Shown: positions 52,620 through 61,667, counted from the first letter of the stretch. The stretch is DNA of 64,000 nt from Candidatus Melainabacteria bacterium 17Bon1m (GCA_032128875.1 JAVLKG010000005.1:374778-438777); one strand, 5' to 3'. A program made the numbers and translations. The notes: generated from the letters alone by a model not told the origin.

Positions 52620-54431
52620 TTACTTGTAGCTCTTGGAGATAATCAGCGGGAAGTTAGCTTCGACTGCTCTATCCTTGGCTTTGCGTGCAGCGGACAGCAA
52701 TTGCTGGACCGAATCCCCGTCAGCGGGCAGATTGGCGACACCGAAAGCAAGCTTCAGGCTCTTCTTGTCCAGGTTTTTTATCAGTGGCGTCACTGTCAGA
52801 GTTTGCAGGATTCGGTTAGCGACATATGCGGCCGATGCGGTTCGCGTGTTCGGCAGAAGCAGTGCATATTCGAGCATCTCGTAGTGCCCTAGGATGTCTA
52901 GCGGACGCTTCACCATGTCAATGCGTCGGGCCGCGTTTTGCACCGCAGACGGTGGCAAAACATCAAACATGGTCTGCAAATCGCCGCGCTTTTGATTGCT
53001 GTCGTACTCTTTTTTTCTGTTCATTTCAAAAAGAATGATAGACATTGGCCAGCCATAGGCTTCGAATCGATAAAACTCATGCTGCAGATAAAGCAAGAAT
53101 GCAGAGTAGCTCAGCACGCCTGTTTCCTGGCGGACCATTGATTCTAAAAGAGCGTCTACTTCTTTCTTGCCATCGCCCAGAAAATCGAGTGCACCGACCT
53201 TTACTGCGTCCGGTGGCTTGATCTCAATTAATTCGCAAGTGAGGAAATTGAAAATCAGTGGAATCCAGTCAGCTGACTCCATCGGTCGGTCGCGCAAAAG
53301 ATCGTTGAGCGAGTATTTGTGCCCGATTGTTTTATACACCTCAATCTGTTTTTCGACATTGAGAGGCTCGCCCTTGGTCAACATGAGGCGAACTTCCGTG
53401 TCGCCCAGATTGCGTGATTTCTTGACCAAGTACGCGTCCGTGGTGAGACCCATCCGCTCGAGATGTTTTTTCTTGTCGAGAAGGGCGATACCTTCCATGA
53501 CTGTGTCCATCATCGGTTTGAGAACATTGCGTACTTCTGTCTTTTCATCAGGGAAGAATGCAAATGTCCCTTTGCGCCAGGTGATTAGCTCTCGCACGGC
53601 GTTGTCGCCTAAGATACCGGCGACGTGCGCGTACATGGCGACGCCGTTAAGGAAATAAATCTCTCCGACACTCTCGTCGCCGAGAATCTCCAGGCGGCCC
53701 GTTAATCCGTCGTTGTTCAAGTTCGACACTAAAGTCGACACTTGAGTGCTTTCGAGAGAGCCTTCCAATGACTTCGTCTCGAGCTGGGGTTCGGGAGCTG
53801 TAAAACGAGGACCGTGCTGCGATTGTGAGGGCATTTTGTCGCCCAGATAATCGACGCCACCACTTTGTGGTTGCTGAAATGTGGAAAGAGAACCGGAAGA
53901 CTGAGTAGGGTGAAAACTGCCTGAGCTGCTCGGCGAGCCCTCTGGATTATAGCCGGCAAGGTCGGCAGGATTTACGGCGGGGGGTGAATTGAAACCGCCC
54001 GACGCATCCTGAAACCTTGCTTCTGGTTGCATCGCGGGCACAGGCTGTGTCAGTGACGCATTCGGATCAAGCGCCGGCATCCCCGTTTTCGAGCGGTCCA
54101 TGGCGCGAGTACTTTGCACCGACATACAAACCATGTCGTTTACCAGATCGAAATCACCAGACTCCTGCTGCCATAGCATCTGCGCTTCGGTGCCGTCATC
54201 TTCAAGCAAAGTCCAGAGCGGATTATTTCTGCCGCTTTCTACTTTTACACTTAGGCTGTACGTCAAATTTGTGTTTGGTGCAACGAAAAGCTGCTCAACA
54301 TCGCGGGGTTGGTTGTCCCGCGCTTGCTCGAACATGGATTGGTATATATCCATGGTCGGAATGTGTTGGATATTTGGAAGATTGATTCTGCCCCGGCTGG
54401 GCGGAGGTTGTGGCTTTTTCGAACCAAACAT
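52620..54431 (-). CDS. Multidomain regulator: N-terminal domain, S/P/Q-rich linker, PATAN/DUF4388-like domain, and a C-terminal degenerate GGDEF-like domain with a retained RxxD I-site
   Basis: DUF4388-like LEILGDESVGEIYFLNGVAMYAHVAGILGDNAVRELITWRKGTFAFFPDE. GGDEF-fold cues ETGVLSYSAF..., PMSIILFEMN, RPLDILGHYEMLEYALLLPNT (nt 52866-52907 encode RPLD-ILGHY-EMLEY). Confidence 0.7.
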   Translation of the reverse strand: MFGSKKPQPPPSRGRINLPNIQHIPTMDIYQSMFEQARDNQPRDVEQLFVAPNTNLTYSLSVKVESGRNNPLWTLLEDDGTEAQMLWQQESGDFDLVNDMVCMSVQSTRAMDRSKTGMPALDPNASLTQPVPAMQPEARFQDASGGFNSPPAVNPADLAGYNPEGSPSSSGSFHPTQSSGSLSTFQQPQSGGVDYLGDKMPSQSQHGPRFTAPEPQLETKSLEGSLESTQVSTLVSNLNNDGLTGRLEILGDESVGEIYFLNGVAMYAHVAGILGDNAVRELITWRKGTFAFFPDEKTEVRNVLKPMMDTVMEGIALLDKKKHLERMGLTTDAYLVKKSRNLGDTEVRLMLTKGEPLNVEKQIEVYKTIGHKYSLNDLLRDRPMESADWIPLIFNFLTCELIEIKPPDAVKVGALDFLGDGKKEVDALLESMVRQETGVLSYSAFLLYLQHEFYRFEAYGWPMSIILFEMNRKKEYDSNQKRGDLQTMFDVLPPSAVQNAARRIDMVKRPLDILGHYEMLEYALLLPNTRTASAAYVANRILQTLTVTPLIKNLDKKSLKLAFGVANLPADGDSVQQLLSAARKAKDRAVEANFPLIISKSYK

Positions 54432-54985
54432 TCGCGTCTCTCTTCTCTAGGGGTACGTTTATCGGTCATACGGCAGCTCATGGCTTAAAGGTGTAATTCC
54501 CCATTATTTGATCAAAGAACCAGGCATATGAGTAGATTCGAGAGATTGATGTCAAGTAACAGGTTCGTTTGAATGCTTTAAACGCTTGTGGGGCTTTGAT
54601 CTCGAGGATCTGCTCTGCGAGAAAAATTTGAGCCTGTGGTGATCGAGGGACGGAAGGGCGAAAGGCTGTCAAGGGTTCGTTGGTTACCAAATTGAAATTC
54701 TAAAGTGCCGCTTGGCAATGTGTTGCAACTAATTAAAACTATTGCACCCTCCGGAGCCACTGAGAGTGTCCGATGAAAGCCTCATAGGCTGACACTTTTG
54801 GAAGATGAACTAAGCTTCATTGCTACCTGAACATAGCTTCAGCCGTGTCAGGAGATGTGCAGAGTTTCTATTGACTATAATTGTCAGTCGGAAAAGGTTT
54901 AGAGCTAGTCTGGAATTCGTGGCCTGCGTTTTGCCCCCTGGGCGTTTCTGCCCTTATCGGTCTAGTGTTCACGGAAACCCGTTAA

Positions 54986-55912
54986 ATGAGCCAAGGAAGC
55001 AATAGTCCAGTAATGCCAACTCCTTTAGCTGAAGCTACGAGAAACAAGATTGAAACAGACAGCGCCATCGCCGATGTTGCGTCGCGTCTTGATCAGCAGC
55101 CAGCGATAACTTCCACTGAATCCTTCGGGTTCTTCTTGTTTCGCTCACTTCGCGAAATGACAAATATCAAGTTTGCACTGGCAAGCTTTGTCGTCAACAA
55201 TTTGCGACGTCGTTACCGCCGGTCTGTGCTCGGTTTTGCATGGAGCTTGCTCAATCCGATTCTGACCATGTGCGTCATGACCGCTGTGTTTTCCATTTTG
55301 TTCAAGCAGAACCCGAAAGATTTTGGTGTCTACGTTTTCACCGGTCTTTTGCCTTGGAGTTTTTTCTGCGAATCAGTAGTTGCTGGTAGTGGCTCACTTA
55401 CAGGCGCCGAGAGTTATCTCAAGAAAGTCTACATACCGAAGCTGTTCTTCCCCATGGTGACTGTTGCGACAGAAGCAGTGAATTTTGCGTCAAGTATATT
55501 TGCTCTGATTCTTTTGGCTGCGGTTGCTGGTTTTCACTTCACGTGGACTTGCGTATTGGTCTTGCCCATCACAGCGCTCCTTTTCGCTTTCACATACTGC
55601 TGCGCACTTTTCTGTTCGATTGCCACGGTGTATTTCCGCGATTTCGCTCATATTTTGCGAGTCGGCTTGGGGGCTGTTTTTTACACTGTACCTATCGTCT
55701 ATCCGGTCGCAATGATTCCTGCGGATTACAGATGGTTTTACGCGTACCATCCCATGGCCCGCTTTGTAGAGCTATATAGGCTGGCAATCTGTGAAGGTCA
55801 AATTCCCTCTCTCGAGGTCTGGGCTTCTCCACTTGTCGTTACCGTTGTGGCATTTCTGCTTTCATTTGCTCTGCTCAAAAAGACTGAGCGCGACATCATT
55901 TTCCGCCTGTGA
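54986..55912 (+). CDS. wzm: ABC-2-type polysaccharide export permease
   Basis: 308 aa. The N-terminal cytoplasmic segment is followed by RRRYRRSVLGFAWSLLNPILTM, the typical ABC-2 start, and six TM helices. The cognate ATPase gene lies directly downstream. Confidence 0.88.
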   Translation: MSQGSNSPVMPTPLAEATRNKIETDSAIADVASRLDQQPAITSTESFGFFLFRSLREMTNIKFALASFVVNNLRRRYRRSVLGFAWSLLNPILTMCVMTAVFSILFKQNPKDFGVYVFTGLLPWSFFCESVVAGSGSLTGAESYLKKVYIPKLFFPMVTVATEAVNFASSIFALILLAAVAGFHFTWTCVLVLPITALLFAFTYCCALFCSIATVYFRDFAHILRVGLGAVFYTVPIVYPVAMIPADYRWFYAYHPMARFVELYRLAICEGQIPSLEVWASPLVVTVVAFLLSFALLKKTERDIIFRL

Positions 55913-55918
55913 GGTTTT

Positions 55919-56725
55919 GTGGACGCACTAATTGAAATCAAGAACGCCACTTTGCGGTTTCGTATTTATCGAAATCGTACTCCTGCGCTAAAGGAAGCCG
56001 TTATTCGCGTGCTGTCCCCGAAAAAAACAGCGAGCGAGGAAGTAATTGAGTTCAATGCTCTGCAAAATTTGAATCTATCCATTAAAGGTGGAGACCGTCT
56101 CGGCATCATTGGTTTGAATGGTGCCGGCAAGTCCACTCTGCTGAAAATGATCGTCGGAATTTATCCTCCGCAGCATGGTTCTGTTCATGTCAAAGGAAAA
56201 GTGACACCACTCATTGAATTGGGCACCGGCTTTGATCACGAATTGAGCGGAAGAGAAAACATATATTTGAACGGCGCCCTTCTGGGACGCTCGTTCAAGC
56301 AAATGCGTTCGCTCGAAGAGGCAATTATCGATTTTTCCGGACTTGAAGACAAAATCGATATGCCGATTAAGTACTATTCCAGTGGGATGCTCGGACGGCT
56401 TGCTTTCTCGATCGGCACCATTATGGAGCCGGAAATCCTTCTGGTTGACGAGGTCTTTTCGACGGGCGACGCTCAATTCGTCGAAAAAGCAAGAAACCGA
56501 ATGGACCATTTGATTTCCAAATCATCGATCGTTGTTATCGTTTCGCACAGCATGGACCACATCGTCCATTTCTGCAACAAGGTCGTTGTTCTCAACAAAG
56601 GCGCTGTTGTAGCTGAAGGGGACCCAGAGGAGATGGTCGAATACTATCGGCAGAACATTGCCAACGTCGGCGCTGCTCCCGCTCCTTATAAACCGGCTTC
56701 GCCACAACCTGCATTGACCACATAA
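55919..56725 (+). CDS. wzt: Polysaccharide/O-antigen export ABC transporter ATP-binding protein (short form, no C-terminal carbohydrate-binding domain)
   Basis: Walker A GLNGAGKST, signature YSSGMLGRLAFS, Walker B ILLVDEV, H-loop VSHS. The 268-aa length leaves no room for a Wzt-type CBM. GTG start. Confidence 0.92.
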   Translation: MDALIEIKNATLRFRIYRNRTPALKEAVIRVLSPKKTASEEVIEFNALQNLNLSIKGGDRLGIIGLNGAGKSTLLKMIVGIYPPQHGSVHVKGKVTPLIELGTGFDHELSGRENIYLNGALLGRSFKQMRSLEEAIIDFSGLEDKIDMPIKYYSSGMLGRLAFSIGTIMEPEILLVDEVFSTGDAQFVEKARNRMDHLISKSSIVVIVSHSMDHIVHFCNKVVVLNKGAVVAEGDPEEMVEYYRQNIANVGAAPAPYKPASPQPALTT

Positions 56726-56730
56726 TCAGT

Positions 56731-58152
56731 ATGTCAAACGCACCCAAGATACTTGCAATCGTTCCATCGTTGATAGCATCTTGCCAAATCAACGTGCTGA
56801 AGCCGCTCAATAAGCTTGCCGAGAGAGGCAAGGTCGAATTTCGCTGGATGCTGGAATCAAAGGCGGATGTTACTGCCCTTGCTTGGTGCGACGTTGTGAT
56901 TTTTTGCCGCAACACAGAGCCGGCATATGGACATTTATTGAATGCCGCGGTGTGTGCTGGAAAGCCGATCATTTTTGATCTGGATGACAATTTCTGGGAT
57001 ATTCCATATGACACGGATCCGGAATTGGCGCGCTATCATCGCCTCCCTCCTCGCCTGGCCCAATTAGAAAAATACTTGTCTTTCTCCAGTCTTGTTCGCG
57101 TGTACAGCCCTGTACTGGCTGAGCGTGTTAGTGCATTCAGCCAGAAAATCAAAATGCTGAAGTCCGGCTTTGATTTCTCGCTAGTATCAGGCAAGCGGCA
57201 CAAGCAGAACGGAAGCACGCGCATCGTGTACGCAACGAGCCGCATCGTCGATGACCAATATCATGAATTTCTCGACGGCATCATTCGAATCCTCGACGTT
57301 TACCAGGATAGAGTCAGTCTGACTATTTGTGGCTGCAAACCCAGAGAGCTAGCCGCGCGGCGGGGAGTGGAGCTTATACCGCTCTACCCAGACTATGATA
57401 GATTTTTGATGGACTTTCATGCCCGTGGCTTTGACATTGGGCTTGCACCATTGCCAGATACCGTTTTTCATCGCTCGAAAAACAACACGAAATTTAGAGA
57501 CTATGGTGCATGCCGGGTCGCTGGTGTTTACTCTGACGTAGATGTTTATTCATCATGCATTGAGGATGGCAGCACCGGAATTCTTGTCAGCAACACCGCT
57601 CAAGGCTGGTTTGACGGTGTCTCGAAGCTTATCGAAAATCCGGCGTTGACCGAAAGAATCAAAGACACTGCTTACAAGCATGTCTACGATAACTACCGGC
57701 AGGAATTAGTCGAAGAAGAGTGGCTTGTCGATATCACGTCAGTCTTGTCTCAACCTAGTCGAGAAGACTCTTTGCGGGCTGTGGAAACACAAGATATCCG
57801 TGTGAAAGCGGATTTCTTTGGACTATATGGAATCCGCATTCCAGGCGAGTCTCCGGATGGGCAAAAGACGGCTAATTTGCTTTTGGAAGTTCTCACACCC
57901 GACGGTTATATCTTGCGGGAGGCTACCAGTTCGAATCTGCGCATTCTTGAAGATGGTGATATCGAGATTACTTTCGAGCCTATTGCAAATTCTCAGCGCC
58001 GAGAGTTTGTTTTCCGGTTGGTCTCTCTGCCGAGAGAGTTTCAACCAAAACCAGATTCCGAATGGACTACTGGTTGGATTCCGCCCAGCGGATTGATGCA
58101 AATGCTTTATCAATCGAAGCAACTCGTGTCTGCGGGGATAGATAAACGATGA
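56731..58152 (+). CDS. GT-B-like glycosyltransferase with a C-terminal ~100-aa beta domain
   Basis: The N-terminal ~340 aa show a GT1/4-like pattern (IIFDLDDNFWDIP, KFRDYGACRVAGVYSDVDVYSSCIEDGSTGILV). The C-terminal domain is similar to the product of the next gene. Confidence 0.7.
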   Translation: MSNAPKILAIVPSLIASCQINVLKPLNKLAERGKVEFRWMLESKADVTALAWCDVVIFCRNTEPAYGHLLNAAVCAGKPIIFDLDDNFWDIPYDTDPELARYHRLPPRLAQLEKYLSFSSLVRVYSPVLAERVSAFSQKIKMLKSGFDFSLVSGKRHKQNGSTRIVYATSRIVDDQYHEFLDGIIRILDVYQDRVSLTICGCKPRELAARRGVELIPLYPDYDRFLMDFHARGFDIGLAPLPDTVFHRSKNNTKFRDYGACRVAGVYSDVDVYSSCIEDGSTGILVSNTAQGWFDGVSKLIENPALTERIKDTAYKHVYDNYRQELVEEEWLVDITSVLSQPSREDSLRAVETQDIRVKADFFGLYGIRIPGESPDGQKTANLLLEVLTPDGYILREATSSNLRILEDGDIEITFEPIANSQRREFVFRLVSLPREFQPKPDSEWTTGWIPPSGLMQMLYQSKQLVSAGIDKR

Positions 58153-58865
58153 ATTCCATTACTCATTTGGTATCCAATATAGTGCCATTAAATGAAGGCG
58201 GCAACCCGTGCTCGAGTGATTGTCCTGCCGTCCCTGAGCGTTTTGAGCCACAGAGTAAAGACGAACTTCTGCAACACATTCAAACTCTAGAAGCTGAGCT
58301 GCATAGCGTCAGAGAGAAAAGCAAATTTATTGCACAGGAGCTGGATCTGTTCCGCCAGCGTCGCGCTATCTTCTGGTCGGATCGTTTTCGCAATACATTC
58401 GATGCCTGGAGTTTGCTTAGCAAAGGCTTTCAGCGATTGAAGGACGACACCGCAATTTTTGCAAGCGATCTAAAAGGGTACCGTTTGCAGCCAAGTTTGA
58501 GCATGTTGCGAGTCTCGTATCTCAGTTACAAAGTCAAGCTGAATACCAAGGGTTTGACTGGTGTCTATCTTGCTCCTGTCGTCGAATTTCCGCTGCAAAA
58601 AGGCGAAATTGTCCTACAAATTATGGAAGAGTCCAAAAGGCTTCTTGTTGAAACTTCTGTGCCGGTGGCGCAAATTAGTGACGATGGTCCGGTCGCATTT
58701 AGATTTCCGCCCCTTCAAAATTCAGACAATGAGCTAATATTCAACATTTTTGTTCAAAATGTTGATGTGCCTGTAAGGCTTTTAGAAATGCGCCGCTACG
58801 CGCTTGGCGGTTTCGGAAGACTTTCTACAGTCTGCTTTGCCGGATTCATTTTCGACGGTGAGTAA
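58149..58865 (+). CDS. Hypothetical protein: coiled-coil N-terminus plus a beta domain shared with the preceding glycosyltransferase
   Basis: ATGA overlap with the upstream gene. Coiled-coil-like ELLQHIQTLEAELHSVREKSKFIAQELDLFRQ. The C-terminal ISDDGPVAFRFPPLQNSDNELIFNIFV parallels ILEDGDIEITFEPIANSQRREFVFRLV of the upstream protein. Confidence 0.5.
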   Translation: MNSITHLVSNIVPLNEGGNPCSSDCPAVPERFEPQSKDELLQHIQTLEAELHSVREKSKFIAQELDLFRQRRAIFWSDRFRNTFDAWSLLSKGFQRLKDDTAIFASDLKGYRLQPSLSMLRVSYLSYKVKLNTKGLTGVYLAPVVEFPLQKGEIVLQIMEESKRLLVETSVPVAQISDDGPVAFRFPPLQNSDNELIFNIFVQNVDVPVRLLEMRRYALGGFGRLSTVCFAGFIFDGE

Positions 58866-58874
58866 TTACCAGTA

Positions 58875-59774
58875 CTAATCTTTTGGGCTTTCCTTAGGTG
58901 CGTGCTTAGCGGAAACCTTGAGTGCACGTTTGACCTTCTGCCATTTGTTTCTCAGTTTCCAAAAACCGCTGGATTCCATTTGGCGAATTCTGTCCCGCAA
59001 ATTCTGCAGCTCTCGCTTCATCTCCATTTCTGGAGTGTCATCCTCGAGGAGCTGCCTGTATTCGGCAAAGCGATGCATGATGAAGTCCAGATTCTCAACA
59101 TAGAGATTGCGATGGTTCTTCGCCAGTTGCTCAAACATCTCCATCTTTTGTTTGGCGTTGAATCTTTGGGTTCTCGAGTCACTTTCTTGTCGGTAGTAAA
59201 AGAGCGTCTGAGGAATTCTTATTACCACTCTTTTCAGCTCAATAATCGAAAGCCAAAAATCATGGTCTTCCCAGCCGTGAATCATGTTGGGGTTGTAGCC
59301 GCCGACGCTCTGCCAGTCAGCTTTTCTGAAAACAGCCGCGGAAAATATGAAGTTGTCCAGGAGAATGTCAGGAAAATTGTACGGCGGCAATTCCCACTTT
59401 CCATTTCGATTGCCGAAATAGGCTGCGTCGCAATAGACGATTCCTATATCGCTTTGATCTCGAAAGAGTTTTTCTGCTTTCTCTAAATAAGAAGGGTCGA
59501 TTTTATCGTCGGCATCTAGCGTCAAGATCAGCTCACCCTTAGCATTCTTGATGCCATGATTGCGTGCTGCCGACGGTCCCGCGTTGTCCTTTTGCAAAAG
59601 AATCACTTGGGAGGACTTCAAAAATTCAAGTAACGAGTCTGAGGGAGGTTGAGTCGAGCCGTCGTCTACAACTATTATTTCTACGTCCGCAAGTGTTTGT
59701 TTCAAAACACTGTCCACGGCATCGCGCAGATAATGCCAGTGATTGAAGCAGGGGATGACGACTGAAACTTTCAC
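58875..59774 (-). CDS. Glycosyltransferase family 2
   Basis: MKVSVVIPCFNHWHYLRDAVDSVLKQT, IIVVDDGSTQ, NAGPSAARNHGI, LDADDKIDPSYLEK. Confidence 0.9.
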   Translation of the reverse strand: MKVSVVIPCFNHWHYLRDAVDSVLKQTLADVEIIVVDDGSTQPPSDSLLEFLKSSQVILLQKDNAGPSAARNHGIKNAKGELILTLDADDKIDPSYLEKAEKLFRDQSDIGIVYCDAAYFGNRNGKWELPPYNFPDILLDNFIFSAAVFRKADWQSVGGYNPNMIHGWEDHDFWLSIIELKRVVIRIPQTLFYYRQESDSRTQRFNAKQKMEMFEQLAKNHRNLYVENLDFIMHRFAEYRQLLEDDTPEMEMKRELQNLRDRIRQMESSGFWKLRNKWQKVKRALKVSAKHAPKESPKD

Positions 59775-59777
59775 TTT

Positions 59778-60569
59778 CTACCACAAGTTGTTTTGGCTAA
59801 GATATGCGCGAGTCTCAACAAAATTCTCGACCGTGTTAATGTCATAAAAACGCTTGCTGACAGAGAATCCTGCAAGCTCCTTCTTCTTTGACATTGACTT
59901 GAAAATGTCACTTAAGTCAAACGATGTTTTCTTTAACTTCTTGCTGTGCTGCATGAATGCGCTTTTGGAAAAGAATGACAATCCATAGTCAATAAAGTGC
60001 ATATTATCAGAGGGATCTTTCTTGTCGTATTTGAGGACCAGTCTGCTTTCCTCATCAAATTCGACATTGCTGGGCGCCCATTGATTGTTGTTCTCTAAAA
60101 TCGACATCATGCCGCCCAGGCGGCTGGCTTTGAATGCGGTAAACAATGGCGGCATCGATATATCGAGGTAGGTGTCACCGTACATCACCGCAAAATCTTC
60201 GTCCACCATGTCCAGCGCCTTTTCGACGGCCGACCCGGTGCCGAAATTGTCCTGCCCATCATGGCTGTATGCGATTGACATTGAGAATTTGCTTCCGTCT
60301 CCAAGATAATCCTCGATTTGCTCGGAGAAATGATGGACAAGCACTATCAGTTTTGTTACTCCTTGACGCTGCAGCAACCGGAGGACATGGGCTATGAAGG
60401 GCTCACCAGAGATATCGACCATGGACTTGGGTTTATCTTTGGACATCTCTCCCAGGCGTGTGCCTTTGCCTCCGGCAAGAATTAAGAATGGAACGTCCTT
60501 CAGGCTCAGTAATGACGACTGGGCTTGGCTTTGCGGGCGGGGCGGTGCGGCTTCTATTTCTTCGTCCAT
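59778..60569 (-). CDS. Sugar-1-phosphate nucleotidyltransferase (NTP_transferase family), specificity unknown
   Basis: FLILAGGKGTRLGEMSKDKPKSMVDISGEPFI matches the G-x-G-T-R-(x)n-K signature. Also GTGSAVEKAL and YGDTYLD. It ends 3 nt from the downstream GT2 gene. Confidence 0.85.
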   Translation of the reverse strand: MDEEIEAAPPRPQSQAQSSLLSLKDVPFLILAGGKGTRLGEMSKDKPKSMVDISGEPFIAHVLRLLQRQGVTKLIVLVHHFSEQIEDYLGDGSKFSMSIAYSHDGQDNFGTGSAVEKALDMVDEDFAVMYGDTYLDISMPPLFTAFKASRLGGMMSILENNNQWAPSNVEFDEESRLVLKYDKKDPSDNMHFIDYGLSFFSKSAFMQHSKKLKKTSFDLSDIFKSMSKKKELAGFSVSKRFYDINTVENFVETRAYLSQNNLW

Positions 60570-60588
60570 CTCGGCCGTAATCTCTTAT

Positions 60589-60614
60589 GTGCCAACTGTG
60601 GCACCTTTGCCGCA
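60589..60614 (+). promoter_or_regulatory. Palindrome GTGCCA-actg-TGGCAC overlapping a sigma-54-like -24/-12 element TGGCACCTTTGCCGCA
   Basis: Read directly. Positions 60599-60614 match TGGCACG-N4-TTGCW at TGGCAC and GCA with correct GG-to-GC spacing. It lies ~155 nt upstream of the + strand gene at 60768 and 20-35 nt upstream of the - strand gene start at 60569. Confidence 0.2.
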
Positions 60615-60767
60615 ATTGTCTAAGATTATCAAGTTTGAAGAAAGGGCTTTAGAACTAGCTAATTCGCATTTTAAATGCTCGCGGCCAGGTATGCTTTATT
60701 CTGAAAAACCGCAGTTTAAGCCGGTGTTAAACGGTTTGCGAGCGGTGAGCGGACGAGTCTTATTGGT

Positions 60768-61667
60768 ATGAGTGATAGAGTTCTAATATTTGGCGGCTCC
60801 GGAATGCTGGGGCACAAGCTAAGTCAGGTTGTATCCAAAGAAGCCGACACTTTTGTGACGATGAGAAGTGCCGATTTGGCGCTCAAGTATCCGGGTGTAT
60901 TCGGCAAGACAAAAGTGATCGAAGGCGTTGACGCTCAAAATGCCGAGAGCGTGGACAGAGCTTTCCAGGTCGCCAGTCCTACCGTCGTTGTCAATGCCGT
61001 CGGCATAGTGAAGCAGATTGCCACTTCAAAAGATGCAGTGAACAGTATCACTGTGAATTCCGTCTTCCCTCACCGACTTGCTGAGCGGTGTGTTCGCGAT
61101 GGTATTAGGCTCATTTCCATATCCACTGATTGCGTGTTCTCGGGTAATCGCGGCAATTATTCGGAAGAGGATGCACCGGATCCGCAAGATCAGTATGGCC
61201 GCACAAAGCTGTTGGGCGAAATCGATTTGCCCAATTGTTTGACTTTTAGAACTTCAATAATCGGACCGCAGATACAGGGCGAGTATTCGCTTTTGGAATG
61301 GTTTATGCGGCAAAAAGGAGGAAGCATCAAAGGTTACCGTAAAGCGATTTTTACGGGCTGGCCCACAATTGAGCTGGCTGAAATTGTCACTAAGGTGATA
61401 ACTCTGCATCGTGAGCTAAGCGGCATCTATCACGTCGCCACTCAACCTATATCAAAGTTTGAACTGCTATCGCTTATTAACGACGCCTATGAATTAAATG
61501 TGGAGATTGCACCTGACGATGTATTTGATTGCAATCGTTCACTCAATGGATCGCAGTTTCAAGCGAAAACCGGCATCGTAGCGAAGCCGTGGAAAGAGCT
61601 TGTCCAGCATATGCGCGCGGATTCGGCACTATATTCGGTGCTGGCTTCCTCCGCTGTTTCAAAGTAA
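60768..61667 (+). CDS. RmlD-like NAD(P)-dependent sugar-nucleotide reductase (SDR fold)
   Basis: RVLIFGGSGMLGHKL, VVNAVGIVKQ, ISTDCVFSG, YGRTKLLGE (YxxxK). About 300 aa, like dTDP-4-dehydrorhamnose reductase-family proteins. Confidence 0.8.
   Translation: MSDRVLIFGGSGMLGHKLSQVVSKEADTFVTMRSADLALKYPGVFGKTKVIEGVDAQNAESVDRAFQVASPTVVVNAVGIVKQIATSKDAVNSITVNSVFPHRLAERCVRDGIRLISISTDCVFSGNRGNYSEEDAPDPQDQYGRTKLLGEIDLPNCLTFRTSIIGPQIQGEYSLLEWFMRQKGGSIKGYRKAIFTGWPTIELAEIVTKVITLHRELSGIYHVATQPISKFELLSLINDAYELNVEIAPDDVFDCNRSLNGSQFQAKTGIVAKPWKELVQHMRADSALYSVLASSAVSK

Noticed and set aside
52620-53150. An active diguanylate cyclase.
   Set aside because: The GG(D/E)EF position reads EMLEY, so catalysis is very unlikely. 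I interpret the domain as a receptor-type domain.
54712-54726. The sigma-54-like TTGGCAATGTGTTGCA upstream of wzm.
   Set aside because: The GG-to-GC spacing is one nucleotide shorter than the strict -24/-12 spacing, so it is probably a chance match.
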